NCBI GenBank assembly: GCA_038891615.1
Contig: JAWADY010000001.1
Coordinates: 1-64,000, forward strand
Direction of reading: 5' to 3'
DNA length: 64,000 bases
From: Candidatus Woesearchaeota archaeon
GTDB taxonomy: Archaea > Nanobdellota > Nanobdellia > Woesearchaeales > ARS49
Position numbers and translations under genes: made by a program. Numbering within the stretch: position 1 is the first letter of the stretch; the number at the start of each line of letters is the position of its first letter. Of this stretch, positions 20,545 through 31,000 are shown one piece after another. A model generated the notes under the pieces. That model was not told where the DNA came from and did no database searches. It saw only the letters and a program-made list of their open reading frames with translations.

Positions 20545-20599
20545 GACTGCTGTTAAAAAACAAATCTTTAAAAACCAAAATTTTTTTCTTTTGGGTGCA

Positions 20600-21262
20600 A
20601 TGAGACTTTTATATCTTCAGGCAAAAGTAAATGGCAGTATAAAAATTCCTGATTCAGAACTTGCAAAGCTGCCGTCAAAGATAGGCCTTGTTGCATCAAT
20701 CCAACACATTGATGAGCTGCCAAAGCTAAAAAAAAGAATTAAAAAGGCAGTTATTGGAGGGCAGGTCCTTGGTTGCAGGGTTGATTCTGCTGAGAAAATA
20801 GCCAGCAAGGTTGATGGCTTCCTCTTTGTTGGTTCTGGAGAATTTCATCCAATTGGCATTGCCATTGCTACAGGAAAGCCTGTTTACATTCTAGACCCTC
20901 TTTCACCAAAGAAGGGTTTGCAAAAGCTTTCACCAGAGCGCATCGAGCGCTTTCTCAAAAAGAAAAAGGCTGCAATGCTTAAATTTTTGCACGCAAAATC
21001 AGTGGGCTTAATCATCAGCACAAAAAACGGTCAAAGAAATATTAAACATGCAATTGCTCTAAAGGAGCTTCTTGACAAAAACTCAAAAGAAACATATCTT
21101 TTTCTTTGCGATACACTTGAATTTGACCAACTGGCTAATTTTCCATTTATTGATTGTTGGGTCAACGCAGCTTGCCCACGAATAGCCGATGAACGGTCAG
21201 ATATGATTAATGCCGAAGATGTGCTAAAGCTTTTGACTTCTAACCAAACCTTATCTTTTTGA
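20600..21262 (+). CDS. dph2: Diphthamide synthesis Dph2-like protein, short form (220 aa)
   Basis: GQVLGC, GSGEFH, STKNGQ, NAACPRI; lacks the N-terminal domain. Confidence 0.8.
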   Translation: MRLLYLQAKVNGSIKIPDSELAKLPSKIGLVASIQHIDELPKLKKRIKKAVIGGQVLGCRVDSAEKIASKVDGFLFVGSGEFHPIGIAIATGKPVYILDPLSPKKGLQKLSPERIERFLKKKKAAMLKFLHAKSVGLIISTKNGQRNIKHAIALKELLDKNSKETYLFLCDTLEFDQLANFPFIDCWVNAACPRIADERSDMINAEDVLKLLTSNQTLSF

Positions 21263-21263
21263 T

Positions 21264-22232
21264 TTAGGTCCTTAACTCAATCTCGTTGTTTGCTGAGCTC
21301 GCTGTTAACTCTGCACCTATCCCGCGTCCAACATAATAGGCAAAGGAATTAGTTGCATCTGCGAGGCTACCAAACAGCCTTGGCTTACGTTTGAATTCAA
21401 AAACCTTTGCTGTGATGTTTAAGCTCCTTTCAAGCATTTTAATGGCATCGTTGCGGTCGCCGAGCTCGTCGATAAGCCCAAGAGTCAGTGCTTCTGTTCC
21501 AAGAAATATTTCCCCAGTTGCAACCTCCCTCACTTTTTCAATTGGAAGCTTTCTGTTTTCCGCGACATCCCTAACAAAAAATTCATGCACAAGGTCTATC
21601 TTCCTTTGAAGAAGTTCACGCTCTGCAGGTGTTAGTTCCTTGAACCTTGAACCCATGTCCTTATACTTTCCTGAAACAAGCCTTTGATAAGTGACATTGT
21701 ATTCCTTTATCAAGCCTGAAAATTCTAGATAAGATGCAAGAACTCCTATTGAGCCCGTGACAGACATAGGATTTGCTAGGATCTTATCACTTGCGCTTGC
21801 GACCCAATATGCCCCAGAAGTTCCAACTTCCCCTATCACAGAATAAACCGGTTTTTTTTGTCTAGCCCTTTTCACTGCTCTCACAATCTCATCGCTTGCA
21901 ACAGGAGTCCCTCCAGGCGAGTTTATGTCCAGGATGATTGCTTTTATATCAGCACTCTCGGCTGCCTTTTCAATCCATTCGGTTATTTTCTTTGAAGAAA
22001 CAAACTCTCCTAACAGGGTGGCAGCATCATTATCTGCTGTCAGGGTTCCTTTTAATGGCACCACTGCAACATTTCCTGTCACAATTTCAGCTGCTGGAAG
22101 AAAGAAAGAAAGGATAAAAAGCAAAATAAAAATGGTTATTCCTATTTTTAGAATACTCCCAATGATGGTGCCAATCGATGAAATCTTTTCCGCAAGTGTG
22201 CGCTTTTCAGCAGCCTCTTTTTTTACAGGCAT
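21264..22232 (-). CDS. sppA: Signal peptide peptidase SppA (S49)
   Basis: N-terminal TM; INSPGG, SGAYW, TGSIGV, SGKYKD. Confidence 0.93.
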   Translation of the reverse strand: MPVKKEAAEKRTLAEKISSIGTIIGSILKIGITIFILLFILSFFLPAAEIVTGNVAVVPLKGTLTADNDAATLLGEFVSSKKITEWIEKAAESADIKAIILDINSPGGTPVASDEIVRAVKRARQKKPVYSVIGEVGTSGAYWVASASDKILANPMSVTGSIGVLASYLEFSGLIKEYNVTYQRLVSGKYKDMGSRFKELTPAERELLQRKIDLVHEFFVRDVAENRKLPIEKVREVATGEIFLGTEALTLGLIDELGDRNDAIKMLERSLNITAKVFEFKRKPRLFGSLADATNSFAYYVGRGIGAELTASSANNEIELRT

Positions 22233-22288
22233 TGTTGCATCCAGATTAAAGCAACATCTTTATAAAGTTATTGCCTAAAATTAGTGAC

Positions 22289-22630
22289 ATGGGAAAAAAG
22301 GAAGAGCTAGAACAGCAACAGCAGATTGAAGAAGAGATCAGGCGTACTCCAATTCCGCGTGGTAGGCAGGTGATTGGTATTTGTGAGCAGCGTCTCGGAG
22401 GCTCAAGGATGAAGGTACGCTGCGCTGATGGTAAGACAAGGATATGTAGAATTCCGGGAAGGCTTAGGCGGCAGTTATGGGTTCGTGAAGGTGATCTTCT
22501 ACTCGTCGAACCATGGGAACTCGGCGGAGAAGAAAAAGGTGATATCCTTTACAAATACAAACCGTTACAGGTAGATTTCTTAAGAAAAAAGGGTTACCTC
22601 AAAGAGTTTGAAGCTGTCGAGGAATTTTAA
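22289..22630 (+). CDS. eif1A: Translation initiation factor aIF-1A
   Basis: RLGGSRMKVRCADGKTRICRIPG, WVREGD, VEPW. Confidence 0.95.
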   Translation: MGKKEELEQQQQIEEEIRRTPIPRGRQVIGICEQRLGGSRMKVRCADGKTRICRIPGRLRRQLWVREGDLLLVEPWELGGEEKGDILYKYKPLQVDFLRKKGYLKEFEAVEEF

Positions 22631-22747
22631 TTCAGTAGATTCTCATAAAGCAGTTTAAGGTTTCTGTTGATTGTCGCTACTTAAGAATAGAAATATTTAT
22701 AAAAGTCAAACTGTTTCACAAACAAAACGGTGCTAAAGGTGATACAA

Positions 22748-23170
22748 ATGTTCCTAAAGCTTTCAGGAATGCTTATCCTAATTTTGTTGAATTTTCTTGG
22801 AACTTTGATTCTTGAAAAAGAGCTTTCATCAAACACCTCAGAACCTATTATAATTGTCTTAGGAATAATTCTTGCAGTTATCTTGCTGTATGGATTTGTG
22901 TCAAATGCCAGATGGAGATGGCAACTTTTTACAATCTTTTTTGCTGGAAGCCTTGCAAATGTAACTTGGCTATATTTTAAGGCCGGTGAGGGCTTTCTTC
23001 CGTTTATAGGAACTGTATTCTTCGCTTGGCTTGGGCTTATGATTTCAATTATTTCAATACCCAGCGCTGGAACAGAAAATGTCGTAGAACCTGTTTACGA
23101 AGAGGCTTCCCAGCCTGAAACTGCTTACACCCCACCTGTTATTGGCAAGAAAAGAAAGAGAAAGCGCTAA
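22748..23170 (+). CDS. Hypothetical membrane protein (4 TM, basic tail)
   Basis: Four hydrophobic segments; SD AGGTGA upstream. Confidence 0.7.
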   Translation: MFLKLSGMLILILLNFLGTLILEKELSSNTSEPIIIVLGIILAVILLYGFVSNARWRWQLFTIFFAGSLANVTWLYFKAGEGFLPFIGTVFFAWLGLMISIISIPSAGTENVVEPVYEEASQPETAYTPPVIGKKRKRKR

Positions 23171-23616
23171 TAATTTTTAATCTTTTTTTTCAAAGAATTG
23201 ATTATCAGCCAAAGCAAGGCAATGATTAGGGCGCTATCTGCGACATTGAACGCAGGCCATATCCTAAAATCGATGAAATCGCGTACATAGCCAAACAAAA
23301 GTCTGTCCATAAGATTTCCCAGAATTCCGCCACTAAGCAATGCCAGGGGAATTGCTGTTTCTAATTTTTTGAGAAAAGCATTTCTGCTCTTTATAATGGC
23401 TGCCAACGCAGCAAATGAAATTAGAACAGGAACAGCAGCAGGAACTTTTAGACCGAATGCAGAACCAGTGTTTTTAACTATGCTGAAGTATAATGCCCCT
23501 TTAATTACTGGTAGTGACTCCTCGGCTGAAATTGTGCTGAAGACTAAGGTCTTGGCAACCTGGTCTAAAAGAAAAACAACTACTATGAGAAGCAAAAAAA
23601 GCCTACGAATGCTCAT
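23167..23616 (-). CDS. lspA: Lipoprotein signal peptidase II (LspA)
   Basis: LDQVAK, KNTGSAFG, GGILGNLMDR, VRDFIDF, PAFNVADS. Confidence 0.92.
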   Translation of the reverse strand: MSIRRLFLLLIVVVFLLDQVAKTLVFSTISAEESLPVIKGALYFSIVKNTGSAFGLKVPAAVPVLISFAALAAIIKSRNAFLKKLETAIPLALLSGGILGNLMDRLLFGYVRDFIDFRIWPAFNVADSALIIALLWLIINSLKKKIKNY

Positions 23617-23939
23617 GCCCCTTCTGCAATCCTCTGTATTCGCTCAATCCGTTGTTCGATACTTTCAAGCCTTGCCTGCAAAGCATCAAGTTTCGAGGAG
23701 ATGATGGCTAAATCTTTTTCTATCAGCGTTTCTTTTGTCACCTCAACAGGCGTGGGATAATGCTTGAACTCTGGCGTAGCCACTATTGGCAGTGGTGCTG
23801 AAGGTTGTAGAGGCGGTGTTTCTTCAGAGACCTTTTCTTCAAAGGGATATTTTGGCAGCATTGGTGGCGACGTGCCCTTGAATTCCGGTGCCTCAACTTT
23901 TCTCCTTTTCCAGAACTTTATGACATCAAAAAATCCCAT
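23613..23939 (-). CDS. Hypothetical protein (Pro-rich linker, C-terminal coiled coil), translationally coupled to lspA
   Basis: MGFFDVIKFW..., DLAIISSKLDALQARLESIEQRIERI; ATGA overlap with lspA. Confidence 0.7.
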   Translation of the reverse strand: MGFFDVIKFWKRRKVEAPEFKGTSPPMLPKYPFEEKVSEETPPLQPSAPLPIVATPEFKHYPTPVEVTKETLIEKDLAIISSKLDALQARLESIEQRIERIQRIAEGA

Positions 23940-24127
23940 CAGCCACCTCTCTTTAGGCTTACACAAGAGCCTTACTATTTAAATTTTTGTTAAAAATGTC
24001 TAACAGTTTTGAAACAAACTCATAATGCATCCTTTTTACACAATTTTTGCTTTCCTTTGGGAACACAAACAGTAAAATTTTTAAACCACAACCAAGTTTG
24101 CTTCAATCCTCCATGGAGGTGGGGAAA

Positions 24128-24379
24128 GTGAGTGAAAGACAAATTTGGGAGAACAAAAACTTTGAGAGCCTTCTAGAAGACTTAGAAAGCAGATTTGATA
24201 AGCTTTATTTTATAAACAAAAAGCCCCGCTTTTGTTCTGATATAAGAACAAGAAGGCAGGACCCTAAAAGTAACTTCAATCACAGCTCTACATACAAAAG
24301 CGAATGTTATCGCAGGCGCATGCAAGAGAAGCAGTCCTTAAGAAATTACATTGTTTATTACATTAGAAACAGCTGTTAA
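24128..24379 (+). CDS. Hypothetical protein
   Basis: GGAGGTG SD before GTG 24128; fills gap between convergent genes. Confidence 0.45.
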   Translation: MSERQIWENKNFESLLEDLESRFDKLYFINKKPRFCSDIRTRRQDPKSNFNHSSTYKSECYRRRMQEKQSLRNYIVYYIRNSC

Positions 24380-25068
24380 CGCTTTTTATCTTTTATTGTG
24401 CCCCGATAGCTCTCGAGATATTTAATTAGCGGCTCGAGTGCAATCCGAGACCACTCTTCTACACAAACATCTGGCGAGGAAAGTAGGTGCTGGAGCCCCT
24501 CGATGGGTTTAAGACAGCCCATTTCTATTTCATTCCCTTTTGGTCGAATTGTGCTGCAATTTGTTTCGAGGATATATAGTATTCCAAAATGAACCTTCCC
24601 GACATCGTTTGAGTCGTAGTTTATGTAGCCAAGCACGTCTGGTTTTGTAAACTTTGCCAGACTTTTTTCTACCCCTTCAAAGACTATTTCTTCTTCAACT
24701 TCGCGGAGTATACTTGATGTGATTGGATTACCACCTTCTATTTTATCACATTTTTCTATATGACCACCAATTCCCCAAGACCATTTCCCCTGTAGCCTTT
24801 TTTCTGAATAAGCGGAGTCTTTGCTTGCACGCTTGTATACAAAAACACTTCTTTGTACAGGATTGACAACAAGAAGGTAAGCTATTGGCTGTTTATAGCT
24901 TGGATCAGTCTCTGCAGTGCTGCGGGGAAAATACTTATGTTTTTGCAGGATTATTGAAATGTAGTCTGTTTCATAATGAGGCTTGAAGCCCTCAAACCAC
25001 ATCTCTCCATTTTTTCCAAAAAGCTGTTCTCGTTCAACAACCATTATCAATTTATCGTCCTTTTTCAT
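24376..25068 (-). CDS. NUDIX-family predicted phosphoesterase (COG4112-like)
   Basis: AETDPSYKQPIAY, EKRLQGKWSWGIGGHI, REVEEE, VGKVHFG. Confidence 0.85.
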   Translation of the reverse strand: MKKDDKLIMVVEREQLFGKNGEMWFEGFKPHYETDYISIILQKHKYFPRSTAETDPSYKQPIAYLLVVNPVQRSVFVYKRASKDSAYSEKRLQGKWSWGIGGHIEKCDKIEGGNPITSSILREVEEEIVFEGVEKSLAKFTKPDVLGYINYDSNDVGKVHFGILYILETNCSTIRPKGNEIEMGCLKPIEGLQHLLSSPDVCVEEWSRIALEPLIKYLESYRGTIKDKKR

Positions 25069-25741
25069 TGGATGAGGTTAAAACAGCCGGTTGATAAATT
25101 TTTCTATGCTTATTTTTGTTGAGCTCTTTCTCATGCCTTACAATTAAAGCATGGAATTCTTTAAATAGCTCAACATTTGTTGGCAGCCATCTGTGAAAGA
25201 GCTCTTGAATCTGCTCATAGCTGTGCTCTTTTGTGCAAAGGCCAAGTCTAGAAAGGAGTCTTTTTGTGTAAGCATCAACAACAAACACTGGTTTTTGCCC
25301 AGCATAGAGCAGAATGCTATCAGCTGTTTCAGGACCAATGCCCCAAAGAGATAGCAACTCCTCTCGCAGTTTTGGTGTTGATTTTTTGAACATTGCTTTC
25401 AGATTGCCCTCATAATTTTCAACAACATGACGTGCAAATGAGCTTAAGCTTTTTGCCTTTTGCCTAAAATAACCCGAACTTCTTATCAGCAGCGCAAGCT
25501 TTTCAATAGGCATTGAAGCAATCTTTTTGACTTCAAGTGAGTTTTTTTCTCGCAACTTTAGAAGAGCCTTTTCAACATTCCTCCAACTTGTGTTCTGTGT
25601 GAGAATTGCTCCTACGCACACTTCAAACACATCTTTTTCAGAGAGTCTCTTTTTTCCAGAATATTTGCCTCCTATTGGCCACCAGCCTTGTGGGCCATAT
25701 GTTTTAAGCAAAAAAGTATATAACTTTTGCAACTCATTCAT
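25052..25741 (-). CDS. Endonuclease III-related HhH-GPD glycosylase lacking the C-terminal Fe-S cysteines
   Basis: YGPQGWWP, GAILTQNTSWRNV, GIGPETADSILLY, VVDAYTKR. Confidence 0.9.
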   Translation of the reverse strand: MNELQKLYTFLLKTYGPQGWWPIGGKYSGKKRLSEKDVFEVCVGAILTQNTSWRNVEKALLKLREKNSLEVKKIASMPIEKLALLIRSSGYFRQKAKSLSSFARHVVENYEGNLKAMFKKSTPKLREELLSLWGIGPETADSILLYAGQKPVFVVDAYTKRLLSRLGLCTKEHSYEQIQELFHRWLPTNVELFKEFHALIVRHEKELNKNKHRKIYQPAVLTSSNEKGR

Positions 25742-27462
25742 TCCTTCAGCCAACCTAACCTCTTCACTTTCTCAAGAAGTTCTTCAGCTTCTCTGTTTAG
25801 CTTTCCATCCTTTTTAGACCAGCCTTTTGCTAGCAAAAGGGTTTCAAAGGTTTTATACGGAACCTTTTCTATCACGCCTCTGAGCAGCTCTTGTTCAGGT
25901 TTTGTTAGAAGGATTGCATTTTTTTCATAGTCCAAAAATGCACCGTATGCCACTGGCGCAACCGCTTCGACAAACTTAGACCAATGCTTTGCATACAATT
26001 GGATTTCCTTCTGTGCATGCGGGTCGTCGCGCAACTTTAGAAAATGAAAGATGTTGTGCAAGTCCACTTTTTCGCTTCCTCTTGTGTAATGACCAACTCC
26101 TTTTATTTGCATGGCCAGCCACCAAGGAACCCCGAGGCTCTTAAGCTCTTGGGTAACTTTGTTTTGCATTGTGAACTGCTCCTTAAGCACAGACTTTATT
26201 TCTTCTTTCACCTTTTCCTCAAGCTCACAACCACGCCCTTGCCTGTTAGACTTTGATTGCTCCTTTAGCTCGCTGTCAGAAATCTCATACCAGTCTGCTA
26301 ATGGAAGCCATTGTCCAAGAACCCCTTCTTTGTCAAAGGTTCTGTGCCTTCCTGCTTGTCTAGGTCTTACAAAGATAGGTGTCTTTGATTCTGCCTGCAG
26401 TGAGACATGTTCAAAAGGAGTTGTATGCTTGTGTCTTAAAAGGTACCTTATGAGCTGATTATCCTCACTCGTCTTTCTTGTGCCAGCACCATAGCTGACT
26501 CGCGCTGACTGAACAACAGAAGCATCCCCACCCATATAGTCTGTTGGCATGAACCATCCTTTATTGAGATACTGTTGTGGCACAAATAACAGCTCTTCTG
26601 CCGTTGGAATAGTCAACCGTTTTGTTGTGCTAATCCCATATCTTGGATTTTTATTCGGTTCTTCCTCAAATGCATCGTAACAAACCTCAAGCTCTTGGGA
26701 TGAGTTGATTGGTCGGCATAGTGCTTCACAAGCAAGAGGCGCAAGCCGTTTGCAAACATCCTCTATTGCTTCGGCAAATTCTTTCAAATCCGGATTGCTT
26801 TTTGATGTCAAAAGTGCAATCTTGGTTGCTTGAGCAAGTTCTTCTAAATTTGCAGAAAGATAGAATTTTGTTTGATTGTCAAGGCCAAGACCTATTCTGG
26901 CTAGCTCCCGTGCAAGATTTTTGTCAAGCAGCAGCTCATACCATTTGCGATTCTTTTGTTGAATTTCAGAAATCTTTTTGGCTGCTTCTGCAGCCTTTGA
27001 CATGCGCTTTTGTTCATCAGGTTCATCAATAATTCTTTCAAGCTCGTCTGCAGTCACGCTTCGTGATTGATCCATCATAATTGAATATCTGCCAGAATAT
27101 TCATTTATCTTAAAACGCTCAAAGTATACCCAAAAAAGCGCCGAACTTATTGGCATCTCAAGATGAAACTTTGCCTGAACAAACTTGAAAGGATTTATGA
27201 TGCCATTTTGTCGGAGATAGTGAAAGAAGTTAAGAACTCCGCATTCTGGTTTTACTGCTTTGAGCCCTACCCCGCCTGTTGCTGCATAAACAATAGATTC
27301 ATCACCACCCATATAATCAACCAACCTAACAATCCCGTTCTTTAATCTTATTGGTCTATAAAGAATTTCTTCACTCGCGGAATTTGTCAGTCTTTTTGTT
27401 TGCGAGATTCCAAACGGATTTGTATCAAAATCCTTATATTCTTCAAGAGAGCCTTCAGCGAT
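25738..27462 (-). CDS. thyX: Tandem two-domain flavin-dependent thymidylate synthase; frame extends 46 codons upstream of the ORF-track start to a probable ATC start
   Basis: Two copies of GIS.TKRLT...DYMGGD; NEYSGRYS in domain 1; HTTPFEH, RQAGRHR, LRDDPHAQKEIQ in domain 2. Confidence 0.9.
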   Translation of the reverse strand: MAEGSLEEYKDFDTNPFGISQTKRLTNSASEEILYRPIRLKNGIVRLVDYMGGDESIVYAATGGVGLKAVKPECGVLNFFHYLRQNGIINPFKFVQAKFHLEMPISSALFWVYFERFKINEYSGRYSIMMDQSRSVTADELERIIDEPDEQKRMSKAAEAAKKISEIQQKNRKWYELLLDKNLARELARIGLGLDNQTKFYLSANLEELAQATKIALLTSKSNPDLKEFAEAIEDVCKRLAPLACEALCRPINSSQELEVCYDAFEEEPNKNPRYGISTTKRLTIPTAEELLFVPQQYLNKGWFMPTDYMGGDASVVQSARVSYGAGTRKTSEDNQLIRYLLRHKHTTPFEHVSLQAESKTPIFVRPRQAGRHRTFDKEGVLGQWLPLADWYEISDSELKEQSKSNRQGRGCELEEKVKEEIKSVLKEQFTMQNKVTQELKSLGVPWWLAMQIKGVGHYTRGSEKVDLHNIFHFLKLRDDPHAQKEIQLYAKHWSKFVEAVAPVAYGAFLDYEKNAILLTKPEQELLRGVIEKVPYKTFETLLLAKGWSKKDGKLNREAEELLEKVKRLGWLKE

Positions 27463-27508
27463 GTTCCCACCCCTCTCCTAAAAAGACTTTGCTTCTATAT
27501 AAAACTTT

Positions 27509-27889
27509 TCAGACAACTTCCGGCACAAGAAGATATGCGATTAATGTTGCGACTGCACCACTCAGAATTCCGTAACCAACCGACTGCCCGCGATAATTAA
27601 GTTTTGCTGAGGCGTAGGCAACAAGAGCCGCGGTAATGGCTGCAAAAGCAGTATATGTTTTGCTGCCATAAAAAAGACTTGTGAATGTTGCAAGCGAAAT
27701 CGCCATTCCAACATGAATGTTTGCTCTCTTCATAAAGAAAGTGGAAAAATGAATTAAGGCAAGCGCAAGAACTAGTTGCCATACAGTCAGCCAATAGTTC
27801 CCAATAATCGCTCTGACAATAACCAAGCCATAAAATGGAAGACTTCCAATGGCTAGCAAGTCTCTGTAGAGCTCTTTTGCGTTTGTCAT
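27509..27889 (-). CDS. Hypothetical membrane protein (possibly PAP2-like fold)
   Basis: RDLLAIGSLPFY, 4-5 hydrophobic segments; TATA ~25 nt upstream. Confidence 0.65.
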   Translation of the reverse strand: MTNAKELYRDLLAIGSLPFYGLVIVRAIIGNYWLTVWQLVLALALIHFSTFFMKRANIHVGMAISLATFTSLFYGSKTYTAFAAITAALVAYASAKLNYRGQSVGYGILSGAVATLIAYLLVPEVV

Positions 27890-28077
27890 TTCTCAGCCAA
27901 TGCTTTTTCTTTATAAAAGCTTTGCTCACTCATAAATGCATAGCTTGTGTTCTGATTTAAAGTGATGTCTTACAAAAGTTTTATAAAATAGCTCAACAAT
28001 AAACAATCGTCGAATTCAAACTAGCATGCGATTTATTTACAATTTTTGTGAGATTAAGGGGGATTTTGGGGGCCAAA

Positions 28078-31000
28078 ATGCAAGGGCTTGAACAGCTTCT
28101 GCTTGAGAGCCGCGGGAAAACTGTTCAAAGCTCAGACCAGTTGGATTCAAAAAAACCCAATGGTTACTGGTATTGTGACTATATTGGTTATGAGACTAAG
28201 TTGACTCGTGAAAACAGGCTAATTCTTGGTTTTCGTTACTGGAGTCCAGAAGGCACTAAAAGGGGTTTTGTCTATGTTCGTAGGCCCGTAAACATACCCT
28301 CTCATTTTATTCATCATACTTCCACCCAAGAACTTGAAAATATAATTAATAAAATCTACAAGGACCCTGAGCTTTCAAAGATAAAACTTGTTTTACATCA
28401 TCATGTTAAAAGAAGTCAAGAGGTTGCAAAACTTGTTAAAAATTATCCAGAGCAAATACAACTCCAGCCGAGGTCTGGAAGTAAAAACTATTATGTCATG
28501 ACAGCAATCCTTCCCAAAAACAGACGGCTGATTGACAGGCTAAAAAAGATCTCAGGAAAATTTCAAACTTCAAATTATGACAAAATTGCCAGATGGGAGC
28601 TCGATTGCCTGTACAAAAAGGTCGAGCTCGAGAATTCGCTTGTTGACGCCTTTGAATGCAAAAATGAACTTATAAAAATTTATGAAGAGATGAAAAGGCT
28701 TGCCGGCACGACCTCTACCGGACGAAAAATTTTGAATCGAAAAGCGATGAACGAGCTTCTCAATGAAGGCCTCGCATGGCACACTAAAGAAGAAATCCTT
28801 CAATATCTTGAAAAGGCAAAAGGAGGTCTTGAGGCTTTCATGCACTTTGTAAAGGAGGAGCCAGCTAAAGCTGAGAGGCTTCTTCAGCTTTCAAAGGTTT
28901 GCTCATCATTGCTTGACAAAGTAGGAAAGGACATGCTTAATGTTGACAGCGGAAGCAGATTTTTTTATAATCCACAAACAGATGATTTTGAACTTGAGCT
29001 TTCATCGCTCGGCCCGCTAAAATTCCTTGACAAAAGAATAAGCGAGCTCGAGTTCAAGCAACAGGTTTGGTGCTATCTTGATATCGAAAAGCCTTTTTGG
29101 AAACGGTGGTGGGAAAAGCTTTATCTTACTGCAAGAGAGCTAATTTCTGAAACAAGAGTTAACAGAAAATATTCATCATGGCTTGTTGACAAGATGGAAG
29201 AGCTAGAAAAAGAAGCACTTTTAAAGTCTGATGAGCACACTTCTGATGTTCTCACTACATTTTCAATTTTAAAGGAAAAGTGTAAGAGAGGTGCATTTGC
29301 CGAAGCTTTGGATGTTGTTGAAAAAAAGCTCACCTTGCAGTTAGGCGGGCACGAAGTTAAGCTTTGGGAAGAGCCTTATGATGCAAAAATATCCTATTAT
29401 TCGCTCATATTTAAATTGCACGACGGCACAAAAATAAGAGAGATTCACACCATTCACGAGTCTGGTCTCAATGAAGTTCAAGGTTTTTCGGTTTACACCC
29501 ACAAAGATGAAAAAGAGCTCATTTCTGCGATTATCAAAAGAATGAAAGAACTAAATGTAGCTGTCATTCTTGGCTACAATCTCTGCTACGATGTCATACA
29601 ATCCCGTGAGGCTGCAAAAAGGACAAAAGCAGAACCAATGGATTTATTCATAACAGCCATCTTTCCAAGACGAGCATATGTTAGAGCTGCCTACCAGGAA
29701 ATGCGAAAGGATATAGAGTATATTGACCTTTGGAGGCTTGCTGTTGTAAATCATGGTTTTTTTATTGGAAAGAACCCTCCTGGAGACTTGAAACTCGCAA
29801 CCTTATCAAAATATTTACTTGGCGAGCATGGTCTGACAAAAGCTTTTAGCTACGACGAGCTTCGAGAGCTTGAAGCAAAAGCAATTGCTGGAGATAAAGA
29901 AGCGGTAAGATTAATCTTGAATTATTCTACAAAGGATGTAGAGATTCTTGAAAAAATAATTGAGTCGAATGAGAATTACTTAAAGAGGATTTTCAAGGTT
30001 CATAAGCTCATTCCAAATACCCCGCTGACAAAAGTTGCCTTTTCGCCAAACTGCGTTCTAGACATATTTGAAGAGAATCACTTTAGAAGGCATCAAAACC
30101 TATTATTTTATGGTTATGCCCAAAAAAAGCGCGAGGATGAGTTACAAATATTCAAAAAGAGATTTGTTTCAATAAAGCATGACAGATTAAAAAAGGCGAA
30201 GATAGATGTGAGAAGCAAACCAGGTACATATCCATGCGTCTGGCAGGTTTATCTTCCGCTCGAGGAATGGTTGAAGGAGGTAGTTATCACAGCTGCACCA
30301 CAGTGGCAGGACTATTATGCAGCTCTTAGTAGCTCTCCTGTTGAAAGGTTTGGTGATTTACAATACCCAAGAGCCTTTCTTCGCGAGATACTTGCGGATT
30401 ACTATTTTGTCATGAACGAGTTCACGCGTTACAACAACATGCTTGGTCAGATTCCATTGCGCAGATTGGAAATAGAAGGAAGAATTAATTCTTATGAAAA
30501 TGCAGCAAAAAAACAAATGTTGAACAGATACTATAGGCTTTTTGAGGAATTAAAGACCCGCTATAGGAGTATTTACTCAGCACTTAATAAAAAACTTAGG
30601 GCTGCCATAAGAGCAGACAGAACAAAGAAGCTGCATGCACAAAAAACATTTTTTTTCATGGATTTTTTCAAGAGAGATAATGAGGAACTTTTTCTACTAA
30701 GAGCCAATGCAGAGAAGGTAATGCCTGCTTTAGACATAAAGAAACAGTCACTATTAAATGGCTTCTTAACGGCCTTTGATAGCCTTGAGAAGCTCAACAA
30801 AGAGCTTGAGCCACTTGCAAAAAAATATTCTAACACGCAGCTTTCCGCTTTAAACCTAATTTATTTATCCAACCAAAGAAGCCGTTTAATAAAGCGAATT
30901 AAAAAGTTTCATTCAAAATACCACCTAACGCCATTTGAGCCTTCTAAGTATCCACTTAATCTAGAGCAAATCCAGCCCAGCGGCGATTCGGCACCCCTTG

